A model generated the notes under the pieces. That model searched no databases. It saw only the letters and a program-made list of their open reading frames with translations, and was not told the origin of the DNA. Positions 20,739 through 30,656 of a stretch of DNA of 64,000 bases are shown here, piece by piece; positions within the stretch are counted from its first letter, which is position 1, and the number at the start of each line of letters is the position of its first letter. The stretch comes from Acidobacteriota bacterium. GTDB lineage: Bacteria; Acidobacteriota; UBA890; WLXD01. Position numbers and translations under genes: made by a program. The stretch is from assembly GCA_965205505.1 (NCBI GenBank), contig CBDBHB010000008.1, forward strand, positions 1,152,001 to 1,216,000, read 5' to 3'.

Positions 20739-20798
20739 TACGCGCGGTGACTGCCATTCGACAGAGTCGACTCTGTGGAAAGGCAGTCACCGCGCGTA
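20739..20798. repeat. 60-bp spacerless palindrome (2 mismatches)
   Basis: TACGCGCGGTGACTGCC-A-TTC-G-ACAGAGTC|GACTCTGT-G-GAA-A-GGCAGTCACCGCGCGTA. Confidence 0.9.
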
Positions 20799-20856
20799 CA
20801 ATCCAGCCACGCGAATAGGAGTATGCACACGTCGCCAAGGCTCGTGGGAGGGCTCG

Positions 20857-22410
20857 ATGCGCCGAACAGTGACCCGATGCAACGTAGGTGCAACTGGCAG
20901 GTTCGCGGTAACGACGACTATCGTGGCCGTCATCGTGTCCGCAGCGGCGTGCGCGAGACCGGCCGGTACCCGACCACCGGACAATACCCAGACGACGGCG
21001 GACGATCCGCAGAATTCGTTGCTGCGATGGCCGCTTCCATCCGGCGCTGAGGTCTACGCCGACATCGACGGTCGGCGCCTCCATCAGTACGTCGTGGACC
21101 AGGCCGAGATGTCGCGGCGGTATCGAGACCAGGGGCATCCGCAGTTCTGGGGCCGGATCACCGGCACGTCCGCCGATGCGGAGAGCGCCGAGTGGCTCGC
21201 CGCCAAGTTCCGTGAGATCGGCCTCTCGGACGTGCGCATCCAACCGCTCGAGCTCGAGCCGCAGTGGATGGCGCAGTCGTGGGAGGTGTCGGTCACGGCC
21301 GGCGGCGAGACCTTCCCGCTCGAGTCTGCCCAGCCGGCCTACCGCACGTCGGCGACACCGCCCGACGGCCTCCAACTCGACGCCGTGTATGTGGGCCTCG
21401 GAAGCGAGGCCGACTTCGCCGGGCGCGACGTCCGCGGCAAGGCCGCGTTCGCCTTCGGCATGCTGGGGGTGCGGTCGGAGCGCCCACTCGCGCGAGCCGA
21501 TACTAACGGCGCCGCCGCCATCTTCGATGTTCGGATGTTGCCGGGGAACATGCGCTACCAGGCCTACCCGGCGCGAACCAGCGTCCCCACCTTTACCCTC
21601 GGAGGCGACGACGGCTATGCGGTCCGCGACCTGATCGCCGAGGCTGCGGCGGGCAAAGCGCCAAGAGTGAGGGTGGCGCTCGATGTCGAGATGGTCCCGG
21701 ATCTCGAGACGGCACTCGTCTGGGGCACGCTCCCGGGCGCCACCGACGAGACGATCTACATCATGGCGCACCGCGACGGCTGGTTCGATGCGGCCGGCGA
21801 CAACGCCTCCGGCGTTGCCTCGATGATCGGGCTGGCGGAGCACTACGCGCAGATCCCGCAGACCGGACGGCGTCGCACGATCGTCTTTCTCGGCCTGGAC
21901 GGACATCACAACTCGGGATCGGGCTCCGCGGCGGGCGGATTCTGGTTGATGGACCACCGGGAGGAGCTCTTCGTGAAGACCGCCTTGGTGATCAACTGCG
22001 AGCATCCGTCGACGGTGCAGACCACGGTCAGGCCGCGATACCTGGGGAAGGACGAGATCATTTGGTCGAATGCGTACATGCCCCAGCAGTGGTACGTCGG
22101 CGGCCCCTCGAGACCGCAGCTCGGGACGATCGCCGTCAACGCCTTTCGAGAGTTCGGGGTCAGCATGTATCTCGAGCCGAACGCCGAGCCGCCGGCCGGG
22201 GATCTCGGTTGGCGTGGCGGACCGGAGCTGTGGCGCTTCGTGCCGGGTATCGCGACGAGTGAATTCTACCATTACTTCCACACCGACGAGGAGACACCGG
22301 AGACCGTCTTGTGGACTGGTCTCGAGGCGACGACGCGGGCTTACGCGCGCATCGTCGACGAGGTGAACAAGCTCGAGCTGAGCGACTTGCAGCGGCCGGA
22401 GGAACCGTAG
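20857..22410 (+). CDS. M28-family metallopeptidase, predicted lipoprotein
   Basis: SAAAC lipobox; GRITGT; IMAHRDGW; AGDNASG; YFHTDEET. Confidence 0.85.
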   Translation: MRRTVTRCNVGATGRFAVTTTIVAVIVSAAACARPAGTRPPDNTQTTADDPQNSLLRWPLPSGAEVYADIDGRRLHQYVVDQAEMSRRYRDQGHPQFWGRITGTSADAESAEWLAAKFREIGLSDVRIQPLELEPQWMAQSWEVSVTAGGETFPLESAQPAYRTSATPPDGLQLDAVYVGLGSEADFAGRDVRGKAAFAFGMLGVRSERPLARADTNGAAAIFDVRMLPGNMRYQAYPARTSVPTFTLGGDDGYAVRDLIAEAAAGKAPRVRVALDVEMVPDLETALVWGTLPGATDETIYIMAHRDGWFDAAGDNASGVASMIGLAEHYAQIPQTGRRRTIVFLGLDGHHNSGSGSAAGGFWLMDHREELFVKTALVINCEHPSTVQTTVRPRYLGKDEIIWSNAYMPQQWYVGGPSRPQLGTIAVNAFREFGVSMYLEPNAEPPAGDLGWRGGPELWRFVPGIATSEFYHYFHTDEETPETVLWTGLEATTRAYARIVDEVNKLELSDLQRPEEP

Positions 22411-22548
22411 GTTGGCGGGGGGTTGACTGTATTGCACGTGCTGTTCTTAACTGCCGTTCCGCCTTCTCGGGACGCCCGCGCATGGTGCGGTCAGCTCCAA
22501 CGACAAGATTATGCACCGACACCCAGCGCATCGAGTGGAGTACGCACC

Positions 22549-23274
22549 ATGAGACGTAGTCAGGCATTCCGGTTGTTGATGACAGGCTCGGTCGGCGTCG
22601 CTTTCGTCGGTCTCCTGTGGGTGCCGCTCGGGACGTTGTCCGCGCAGGGCGGACAGGCGCCGCTTTCACAGGTCGTCGCGCCTGAGCATACGGTGCTCCT
22701 CGTCCACGAGGTGCTCAACGCGTTCGTCTCGGAAGGCGGATCGTTCGCCGAGCGAGGCCGGGAGATCGACATCACTGGCATCATGGAACCGATGGTGAAG
22801 CTGATCGCCGCCGCCAGGGAGCAGGGCGTTCGGGTGGCCTATGTCAGATGGACTACGTATCCCGACTATTCCAACTATGGGCGGCCCGGTGAGCGTTTCG
22901 ACCCGGATGCGCCGGTAGCAACCAATGAGATGCACGAAGGCACCTGGGGATGGGAGAACCCGCCGGAGATCGCGCCCGAGCCGCTCGACTGGATCCTCCG
23001 GAAATATCGGTCCGACGCCTTTGTCGCCACCGCGTTAGATGAGCTGCTGCGCTGGAACGACATCACGACGATCGTGATCGTCGGGGTCGGTGCCGAGGTG
23101 GGAATCGTGCCGACCCTGTCGACCGCCGAAATCCTCGGTTACGACACGGTGGCCGTCGAGGACGCGATCCGACCGACCGAACCCGCTCGGCTTGCAGACG
23201 CGATGCTGTATATCAACGACCACGCCAGGGTCGTGACACACACGGAGGTAATCGACGCCTGGAGCAACCGGTGA
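22549..23274 (+). CDS. Exported isochorismatase-family hydrolase, paralog B
   Basis: Near-identical core to paralog A (PEHTVLLVHEVLNAFVSEGG; GVGAEVGIV); GGAG RBS. Confidence 0.85.
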   Translation: MRRSQAFRLLMTGSVGVAFVGLLWVPLGTLSAQGGQAPLSQVVAPEHTVLLVHEVLNAFVSEGGSFAERGREIDITGIMEPMVKLIAAAREQGVRVAYVRWTTYPDYSNYGRPGERFDPDAPVATNEMHEGTWGWENPPEIAPEPLDWILRKYRSDAFVATALDELLRWNDITTIVIVGVGAEVGIVPTLSTAEILGYDTVAVEDAIRPTEPARLADAMLYINDHARVVTHTEVIDAWSNR

Positions 23275-23278
23275 GGAC

Positions 23279-23750
23279 ATGATGAAGAGATTGGCGGGAA
23301 GCCTGGTGCTGTGTCTCGTGTTCGTCGGAACGGCCGATGCGCAGGAGGATCCCTTCACCGGATCGTGGAAGGTCGATCTGGCAAAGTCGAGCGGCGAAGG
23401 GCTGCCCGCGGCAGAGTTGGTGATCCTCGAGGTCTCCAACAACACCGAGCACGGGACGAACGACATTACCTTCACCGACGGTAGTCGGTATCGGAGCGAG
23501 TACACGGCGCCGTACAACGACGGGAAGTAGCATACGTCACGCAATCCTTGAGACCGGCGAGCTGAATCGCGGGAAGACTATGATGGTGCGGATGGACGAG
23601 CGATCGGTGCTCCGGGTCGGACAGAACGCCAACGGGAAGATGTCCAGCATGATCATGCGCCAGGTGTCAGAAGATGGGACAACCATGCGAATCGTGTGGT
23701 ACCAAGCGGATGGCAGCATCCACCAGGAGCTGCACCTGGATAAGCAATGA
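23279..23750 (+). pseudogene. Secreted lipocalin-like protein paralog B, disrupted
   Basis: TAG at 23528-30 where paralog A has Trp, then a one-base frameshift; the shifted frame reads LETGE...RQVSEDGTTMRIVWYQADGSIHQELHLDKQ*, matching paralog A. Confidence 0.85.
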
Positions 23751-23812
23751 CACGCAGTGATCACCCTGATCGAGAGGGGACGCAGCGTCGACGTTCGAGG
23801 AGGCAAGAGGTC

Positions 23813-24265
23813 ATGAAGAGAGCGTTCTTGCTCATGGTGTCGTTGGTGGCGCTCGGTGTCGCGGTGCAGGCAGCGACTGCCTCTGCCCAGGGCCACTCAG
23901 CCCTGGAGCGCAACAAGGCGCTCGGCGAGCGTTTCCACCTGGAGGTCATCCAGGGACAGAAACTGGACCTGGTCGAAGAGCTGTTCGCCGCAGATGCTGC
24001 GATCCACAACGGGCGCCGTGAGTTCGTTGGACCCGACGGGGCCAAGCAAATCGCCGTCGGGGACGCTCAGGCGTTCCCTGGCGGCATGACGTTCGTCCAC
24101 GCGAATTCCATGGCAGAGGGAAACCTGGTGGCCTTTCGCTGGACGATGACCGCCGTCTCGGCCGATGGAGACACATCCGTCTTCGAAGGCCTCGACCTCT
24201 TACGAATAGAGAACGGTAAGATCGCAGAGCTGTGGATCGAATACCACTCCGTTGGTGGTCGCTAG
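23813..24265 (+). CDS. SnoaL/ester-cyclase (NTF2-like) protein, exported
   Basis: GGAGG RBS; LERNKAL, AEGNLVAFRW, RIENGKIAELW. Confidence 0.85.
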   Translation: MKRAFLLMVSLVALGVAVQAATASAQGHSALERNKALGERFHLEVIQGQKLDLVEELFAADAAIHNGRREFVGPDGAKQIAVGDAQAFPGGMTFVHANSMAEGNLVAFRWTMTAVSADGDTSVFEGLDLLRIENGKIAELWIEYHSVGGR

Positions 24266-26588
24266 TCGGTCCTGTCGTACGAGCCGCAGAGGTCGGCACG
24301 ACATCCTCGTGCACGCTCGAACGTTGGAGCTGCAGTTAGTGCGGGAGACCGGATTGCGCTACCGGTGGTGTTTGATTGCGTTGGTGTTTCCGCTGCTCTG
24401 TGCAAACGCGGCGCCGCAAGCTCTGGATCTTGACAGGCAACTCGTCGTCGCTGCGGCGACTGACGACCTGGCCGAAGTCGAGGCTCTCATCAGTCGGGGA
24501 GCGGATGTCAACGCGGATAACGGCTTCGGTGTTACCGCCCTGTATAGCGCCGCGGACTGGGGACGGCACGAGCTCGTACGGCTGCTGCTCGAGAACGGTG
24601 CCAATCCGGACTCGAATCCGACGTCACGCGGCCGATCGCCGTGGGGCAAGACGCCGCTTCAGCTTGCCGCCGGGTCCAACACCGACGTCGCGGCGCCAGA
24701 CGCCAGGGCGGAGATCGTCAGGCTGCTGGTCGAGCACGGGGGTGGCACCGAAGGCGAGGCACTCGTTGACCTCATCCGGGCGGGCTACCTCGATGCGGTG
24801 CGGACGATCGTCGAGCGAGGCGGCGCCAACCCGTCGTATCTGAACGCGGCGCTCGGCGCGGCGCAACGCAACCAGCGTATGGAGCTGGCGGCGTTCCTGA
24901 TCGCAGCGGGCGCGGAAGAGCCGACAGCGGTGGATCGCTTCAATACAGCAGAGCGATTGGAGCGACTCGAGGGCGTCTATCGGGCTCAGACCGGCGAGAC
25001 GGTAACACTCCGGCGGGGTTTCGAGGACGGCGAGCTCATCCTCGAACGGACCGGGCGTGGCGATGTGATGCTCGTACCTGCCAATCTGACAATCCTGCGA
25101 TCCCTCGACCGCACAGCGGTCGCCGAGCTGCGCGGACGGGCCCTACCGCCTTCCGAGCTGGTGGTGTCGGAAGGAGAACGTTCCGAGGAATTCGTCTGGA
25201 TTCGCCCTGTCACCGAACGGCCGAAAGCGGCGCCGGTCGGCGACCGCGTCACAGATCGGCCGCGCGTGCCCACGCCGGAGCTCGGCGCCCGGGAGTGGTC
25301 TTCGTTCCGCGGTCCTGGCGGCTCGGGCGTCGCCGATGGGACTGACCTGCCGACCGAGTGGGACGTGGAGCAGGGGGTCAACGTCGCTTGGAAGACGCCG
25401 ATTCCGGGGCTCGGTCATTCGAGCCCGATAGTCTGGGGTAACCGGGTGTTCATCACGACCGCCGTCCCGGGCGCCGGTGAGGTCGCGACCTTCCGCGACT
25501 TCTCGGAGGTCGTGGGCTCGGGGGTCTTGGCGTTCGTCAGGGAGGACGTGCCGTATTCCTGGCGGGTCGTTGCGCTCGACAAGAACAGCGGTGAGATTCT
25601 CTGGGAGCGGGCGGCACGCGAAAGAATACCGCGCACCGCGCGCCACGTCATGGCCTCGCATGCGAATCAGACGCCGGTCACGGACGGCACGCACGTCGTG
25701 GCGTGGTTCGGGTCCGAAGGAGTCTACTGCTATGACTTCGACGGCAACCTGCTGTGGTCCAAGGACCTCGGTCCGGTCCCGTCGGGCCGCTACTTCGATC
25801 CGGGTTACGAATGGAACACGGCGAGCTCGCCCATCATCCACAAGAATCTGTTGATCCTCCAGGTGGATGGGATCGACGAAGCGTATCTCTTGGCGCTCGA
25901 TGTCGCGACGGGTACGGAGGTCTGGCGTACGGAACGCGATGAGCACCCGTCCTGGCCGACGCCCTTCATCTACGAAGGCGCCACGCGCATCGAGCTGGTC
26001 ACCGCCGCGATCAAGTTCGCGCGCGGCTACGACCCCGACACGGGCCAAGAGCTCTGGAGGCTCGGCCTCCACGGCGACTTTCCGACACCCACACCGATTG
26101 CCGGCCATGGGCTGATCTTCATCACCAGTGGGTACGGCACGGTTGAGCCGATCTACGCCATCCGTCCCGGCGCGAGCGGTGATATCACGCTGGCTGACAA
26201 CGAAGCCTCCAACGATTCGGTGGCCTGGAGCACGCGGCGTGGGGGCGCCTTCATCCCGACGCCGATCGTCTATGGAGATCTGCTGTATGTGCTTCGCGGC
26301 GGCGGCATCCTCACCGCATACCAGGCGGAGACCGGAGAGCGAATCTATCAATCGCGGATCACGCGGGGTCGCAACTACTCCGCGTCGCCCGTCGCGGCTG
26401 ATGGCAAGATCTACTTCGCCAACGAGGACGGCGAAGTGATCGTCGTCAAGGACGGTCCGGAGTTCGAACGGCTGGCGGTCAATCAGATGGGCGAGCCGCT
26501 CATGGCAACCCCGGCGATTGCCCACGGGATGATGATCTTCCGCATGCAGGAGCACGTCGTCGCGATCGGCGCTGACTCAGCTGAGTAG
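24252..26588 (+). CDS. Ankyrin-repeat plus PQQ-like (BamB-type) beta-propeller protein; true start probably downstream
   Basis: GADVNADNGFGVTALYSAA and GKTPLQLAA ankyrin repeats; WSSFRGPGGSG, GHSSPIVWG, SASPVAADGKIY. Confidence 0.85.
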   Translation: MVVASRSCRTSRRGRHDILVHARTLELQLVRETGLRYRWCLIALVFPLLCANAAPQALDLDRQLVVAAATDDLAEVEALISRGADVNADNGFGVTALYSAADWGRHELVRLLLENGANPDSNPTSRGRSPWGKTPLQLAAGSNTDVAAPDARAEIVRLLVEHGGGTEGEALVDLIRAGYLDAVRTIVERGGANPSYLNAALGAAQRNQRMELAAFLIAAGAEEPTAVDRFNTAERLERLEGVYRAQTGETVTLRRGFEDGELILERTGRGDVMLVPANLTILRSLDRTAVAELRGRALPPSELVVSEGERSEEFVWIRPVTERPKAAPVGDRVTDRPRVPTPELGAREWSSFRGPGGSGVADGTDLPTEWDVEQGVNVAWKTPIPGLGHSSPIVWGNRVFITTAVPGAGEVATFRDFSEVVGSGVLAFVREDVPYSWRVVALDKNSGEILWERAARERIPRTARHVMASHANQTPVTDGTHVVAWFGSEGVYCYDFDGNLLWSKDLGPVPSGRYFDPGYEWNTASSPIIHKNLLILQVDGIDEAYLLALDVATGTEVWRTERDEHPSWPTPFIYEGATRIELVTAAIKFARGYDPDTGQELWRLGLHGDFPTPTPIAGHGLIFITSGYGTVEPIYAIRPGASGDITLADNEASNDSVAWSTRRGGAFIPTPIVYGDLLYVLRGGGILTAYQAETGERIYQSRITRGRNYSASPVAADGKIYFANEDGEVIVVKDGPEFERLAVNQMGEPLMATPAIAHGMMIFRMQEHVVAIGADSAE

Positions 26589-28997
26589 GCGTTCGCTTTT
26601 GGGGTCGCAAAGCGGCTGCTCGACGACCTGTGCGGATCGGCGCTCGCCGAGGATGCCTACCTCGAGCTCTGTGCCAGGTTCGATGTAGGCGATCGGCAAG
26701 TACGCGAAGCCGATCGACTTCTGAACGCTATGGCCATAGCCGCCCGACGCGATGTAGGCGATCGGCTTTCCGTCTGCGTAGACCGGCTCGAAGCCAAGTG
26801 CATCCGCATCATCGGCGTCGATGACGAGGCAGGTGAGCTGGCGATCGACGCCTTGCTTTTTCTGCTCGAGGAGTGCGTCGCGGCCAATGAAATCGCCCTT
26901 CTCGAAATCGACGAAACGCTCCATTCCAGCCTGGAGCGGTGTCCAGTCCGCCGACATATCCGCTCCCCAGAGCCGGTACGCCTTCTCGAGCCGCATCGAC
27001 TCGAGCGCCCGATATCCCCAATCGACGATCCCGTACTGTGCACCCTCCTTCATCAACAGATCGTAGAGGGTTCGCTGGTACTCCATGGGTGTGTGCAGCT
27101 CGTAGCCGAGCTCACCGACGAACGAGACTCGCAACGCCCTTACAGGCACCTTGTCGAAGGTCAACTGCTTGCAGCGGAAGAACCGGAACGCCTGATTGGA
27201 AATGTCCGTGGTGGTGAGCGGTTGGATGAGATCGCGTGAGCGGGGCCCCGCCACCGTCAGGGTTGTAAGGCTGCTGGTCGTGTTCACCAGGTTTACGCTG
27301 CCGTCGTCGGGCAGGTGGCGCTCGATCCACGCGTGGTCGTGGAGCTCTGTCGCAGCAGCCGAAACGATGTAGTAGTGATCCTCTGCGAGCTTGGTCACCG
27401 TTACATCGCACTCGATACCGCCTTTCGGAGTGCACATCTGCGTCAGGACGATCCGCCCGTTGTTCTTTGGAAGCCTGTTGGCGCAGAGGTAGTCGAGGAA
27501 GCTCTCGGCGCCGGGTCCTGAAACCTCGTACTTTGCAAAGCTCGACTGGTCGAGAATGCCGACGGTCGATCGAACCGCGGCGCATTCCTTGCCTACTGCG
27601 TCGTGCCAGTTTCCTCGACGAAACGAGTACTCGTCTCGCCTCGGTCCATCCGGGTCAAACCACAGCGGGCGCTCCCACCCGAATCGGGCGCCGAAGACGG
27701 CTCCCTTCGCGAGGAGTCGGTCGTACAGTGGATCCGTCTTCAAAGGTCGGCCGGCAGGGAGCTCCTCTTCGGGATAGTGAATCGCGTACTCGCGCCGATA
27801 AACCTCTAGCGCACGTTCCGAGATGTAGCGGGAGGAGGCCGCGTAGTCATCGAACCGCCGCACGTCGAGCTCCCACATGTTGTCGCTCGGCTGCCCATCG
27901 ACGATCCACTCTGCGGCGTACTTTCCAGCTCCACCACCGAAGACGATGCCAAAAATGCTGAAGCCCGCCAGGACGTGAAAGTTCGGCAGGCCCGGTACCG
28001 GACCCATGAGGCAGTGTCCGTCCGGCGTGTATCCGTCGGGCCCGTTGACGAAGGTCTGGATCGGCGCATCCGCGAACAAGGGAACCCGTTCGGCGCAGCC
28101 GGCGAGAGACTCTTCGAGACGATCGAGCGAGGGTTCGAGTAGACGGCTGTGGAAGTTCTCCGGGATTCCGTCGACCCCCCACGTCACGGTCTGGCGCTCG
28201 AAGGGACCGACGAGCAGCGCACCCGCTTCCTCTCGAACATAGAACGATGAATCGGGATCCCTCAGCACGGGCAATTCGCTCGTGAGAGCCTGCACCTCTT
28301 TGAGTGGTGTGGTGATGAGGAATTGGTGTTCGAGGGGAATAATCGGCAGCTCGAGTCCGACGAGACGACCGAGCTGTCTCGCCCACTGGCCCGCGGCGTT
28401 GACGATCACATCGGTACGGATCTCGCCCTTCGTCGTCTTCACGAGCCAGCCATCGCCATCTCGCTCGATCGCTGTTACCCCCGCGTGCTGGTGGATTTCG
28501 GCGCCCGCTGCCGTTGCTCCCCTGGCGAGCGCCTGGGTAACGCCTGCCGGATCCACATAGCCATCGGTCGGAATGTGAGCGACGGCAAGGGCATCGTCGA
28601 AGCTCGCAAGCGGGAAGAGCTCGCGAGCTTGCGCGGGAGTAATGATGTTGAACGGAATACCGAGTGTCTCAGCGATGCCCTTCCGGTTGTTGAATTCGTC
28701 GAGACGATCTTGTGTCGTGCCGATCCGAAGGCTCCCACACTGATGGAAGTCGACCGCCTGTCCGGTTTCGGCCTCGAGCCGGTTGTACAGATCGAGGCTG
28801 TACTGGAGGAGCTTCATCAAGTTCCAGCTCGAGATCATCTGCGTGCACAGACCCGCTGCGTGCCACGTCGAGCCGCTCGTCAACACGTTCTTCTCGACCA
28901 GGACGACGTCGTTCCATCCCAGCTTCGTCAGGTGATAGAGGACGCTGCAGCCCGCTACCCCTCCTCCGATGACGACGACTTGCGCTTCGCTTCGCAC
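26577..28997 (-). CDS. GcvT-family FAD-dependent dehydrogenase (dimethylglycine/sarcosine dehydrogenase-like)
   Basis: GGGVAG, TSGSTWHAAG, GPDGYTPDG, GWERPLWF, SFVGELGYE, SMRLEKAY. Confidence 0.92.
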   Translation of the reverse strand: MRSEAQVVVIGGGVAGCSVLYHLTKLGWNDVVLVEKNVLTSGSTWHAAGLCTQMISSWNLMKLLQYSLDLYNRLEAETGQAVDFHQCGSLRIGTTQDRLDEFNNRKGIAETLGIPFNIITPAQARELFPLASFDDALAVAHIPTDGYVDPAGVTQALARGATAAGAEIHQHAGVTAIERDGDGWLVKTTKGEIRTDVIVNAAGQWARQLGRLVGLELPIIPLEHQFLITTPLKEVQALTSELPVLRDPDSSFYVREEAGALLVGPFERQTVTWGVDGIPENFHSRLLEPSLDRLEESLAGCAERVPLFADAPIQTFVNGPDGYTPDGHCLMGPVPGLPNFHVLAGFSIFGIVFGGGAGKYAAEWIVDGQPSDNMWELDVRRFDDYAASSRYISERALEVYRREYAIHYPEEELPAGRPLKTDPLYDRLLAKGAVFGARFGWERPLWFDPDGPRRDEYSFRRGNWHDAVGKECAAVRSTVGILDQSSFAKYEVSGPGAESFLDYLCANRLPKNNGRIVLTQMCTPKGGIECDVTVTKLAEDHYYIVSAAATELHDHAWIERHLPDDGSVNLVNTTSSLTTLTVAGPRSRDLIQPLTTTDISNQAFRFFRCKQLTFDKVPVRALRVSFVGELGYELHTPMEYQRTLYDLLMKEGAQYGIVDWGYRALESMRLEKAYRLWGADMSADWTPLQAGMERFVDFEKGDFIGRDALLEQKKQGVDRQLTCLVIDADDADALGFEPVYADGKPIAYIASGGYGHSVQKSIGFAYLPIAYIEPGTELEVGILGERRSAQVVEQPLCDPKSERLLS

Positions 28998-29082
28998 GTT
29001 CTTCTTCCTCTCTTGGGTAGCTCGCGGTGTTGTGAGTCACCAGCCGTCCATTCGGGATCGAGCCTCGCCGCAGGCCTCTACA

Positions 29083-29877
29083 TCAGGGCTTGGTCGCCCG
29101 GAAGTTGATGCCGACGGTGCCAAACTCGCTGGCGCTAGACGCCTGCGGGGCGCCGTCGAAGACTTCGGCCTTCCAGGTGATCTCGAAGTCGGTGAAACCT
29201 GCAGCAACGACCGTCGCCTCGAGCTCTGCTTCCAGCAGAGCGCCGGCGATTCAGCCGGTCCACAGATCGATCTTTTGTTTCGCTGCTTCCGGCACTTCCC
29301 GGCTTACCAAAATGTCGCCGATCTGCAGCCGACCGCCGGGGCGCAGCACGCGGAACATCTCGCCGAGGGTCTTTTGCTTGTCGGGCGTCAGGTTGAGCAC
29401 GCCGTTGGAGATCACCACGTCGGCCCAGCCGTCGGGTACCGGGATCCCCTCCATGTAGGCCTCGCGGAACTCGACGTTGCCGATGCCTGACTCCGCAGCG
29501 GCGGCCCGCGCCCTCTCGAGCATCGCCGGGGTCATGTCGATGCCCACGACCTCGCCGTCCGGAACGACCATGCGAGCAGCGACGAGCGAGTCGATACCCC
29601 CTCCTGAGCCAATGTCGACCACTCGCTCACCAGAGGCCAACTCACCCATGGCGAACGGGTTGCCGGTGCCGGCAAACGATTCGATGGCCGCTTCCGAGAC
29701 ACCTTCGAGCCACTCGTCCTGGTAGCCGACGATCTTGGTCAGGGGGCGGCCGGTGTGGAAGTGGAATCCCTTGCCGGGGTTCTCAGCCACGACCTGATAT
29801 TCGTCCTGGATGGCTTTGCGCAGGGTGTCGGTATCGACATCGATGGCTTGTGCCACCAGCGAACGGTCTGCGGTCAT
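29083..29877 (-). CDS. ArsM-like SAM methyltransferase, probable selenoprotein (UGA at 29251-29253)
   Basis: AAGGAG RBS; FAGTGNPF, VDIGSGGGID, ISNGVLNL; DLWTG-UGA-IAGAL where ArsM-like proteins have Cys; frame stays open 55 more codons to ...INFRATKP*. Confidence 0.82.
29223..29241 (-). promoter_or_regulatory. Bacterial SECIS-like hairpin
   Basis: Minus strand: UGA + 9 nt + GCUCUGCU-GGA-AGCAGAGC; loop begins with G 18 nt after the UGA. Confidence 0.72.
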
Positions 29878-30034
29878 CGGGTTTCTCCTTTTCTCGACAC
29901 GATGAGCCGCGACTTCATTCAGCAAGCCAAAAACGGCCCTGGGCTCGACTAAACTCCCGGGGACGGCCTCCTGCCGCAGCAACGTGGACAATAGCCTAGA
30001 TCAGATGCAGCAATGACTCACGGAGAGCTTTCTC

Positions 30035-30649
30035 ATGAACTGCTCTTGCCGGTCACGCGCAACGCGGCTTGCCGCGGCATCGTGCGCCCTACTTGCACTC
30101 GCCCCGCTCACACCCGCGCCACTCGAACGGCAACCGGCGCCGACCCTGGCACTCACGTTCGAGGCAGCGACTCCGGGCGATGCCGCGGCGCGCGACGAGT
30201 ACGAGGCCATCTGGGCGGAGGAAGGCCCGCGAATTGTTGACGCGATGCGTTCCTACACGGGCCTCGAGTTCCAGGAAAACGAGGACACCGTGCACGTCAT
30301 CGTGGTGGAAGAAGCCAGCTCATCGGGCTTCGGCTCCAGACCGATGAGACTCCGCTCGAGCTACCCGTCCGACACGAAACAAGCGACGCTCATCCACGAG
30401 CTCGGCCACCGTCTCCACGGACGTTTCTTTACGCGTAACGACGAAGATCATCCGACACTCTTTCTGTATCTCTACGACCTCTGGGTGGAGCTTTATGGTG
30501 AGGAGTTCGCCGACGGGCAGGTGGCCGTCGAAAGTCGGCGGCGTGGCTACTACGACTACGAATCGGCTTGGAGTGAGGCGTTGTCGATATCGATGCAGGA
30601 GCGAGCCCGCCGACTTCAGGAGAAGCTAGCCTCCAGGAGGGGCTTCTAG
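30035..30649 (+). CDS. Exported hypothetical protein with HExxH zincin-like motif
   Basis: Signal-like N-terminus; TLIHELGHRLH. Confidence 0.7.
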   Translation: MNCSCRSRATRLAAASCALLALAPLTPAPLERQPAPTLALTFEAATPGDAAARDEYEAIWAEEGPRIVDAMRSYTGLEFQENEDTVHVIVVEEASSSGFGSRPMRLRSSYPSDTKQATLIHELGHRLHGRFFTRNDEDHPTLFLYLYDLWVELYGEEFADGQVAVESRRRGYYDYESAWSEALSISMQERARRLQEKLASRRGF

Positions 30650-30656
30650 CAGGGTG

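Noticed and set aside
20080-22437. 785-aa minus-strand ORF and similar long ORFs (4392-6008, 13726-15126, 25143-26555, 12197-13204)
   Set aside because: Antisense shadows of well-supported genes in high-GC DNA; no motifs
23528-23530. TAG read-through (pyrrolysine or recoding)
   Set aside because: A frameshift follows within six codons and other genes use TAG as stop; it is a pseudogene
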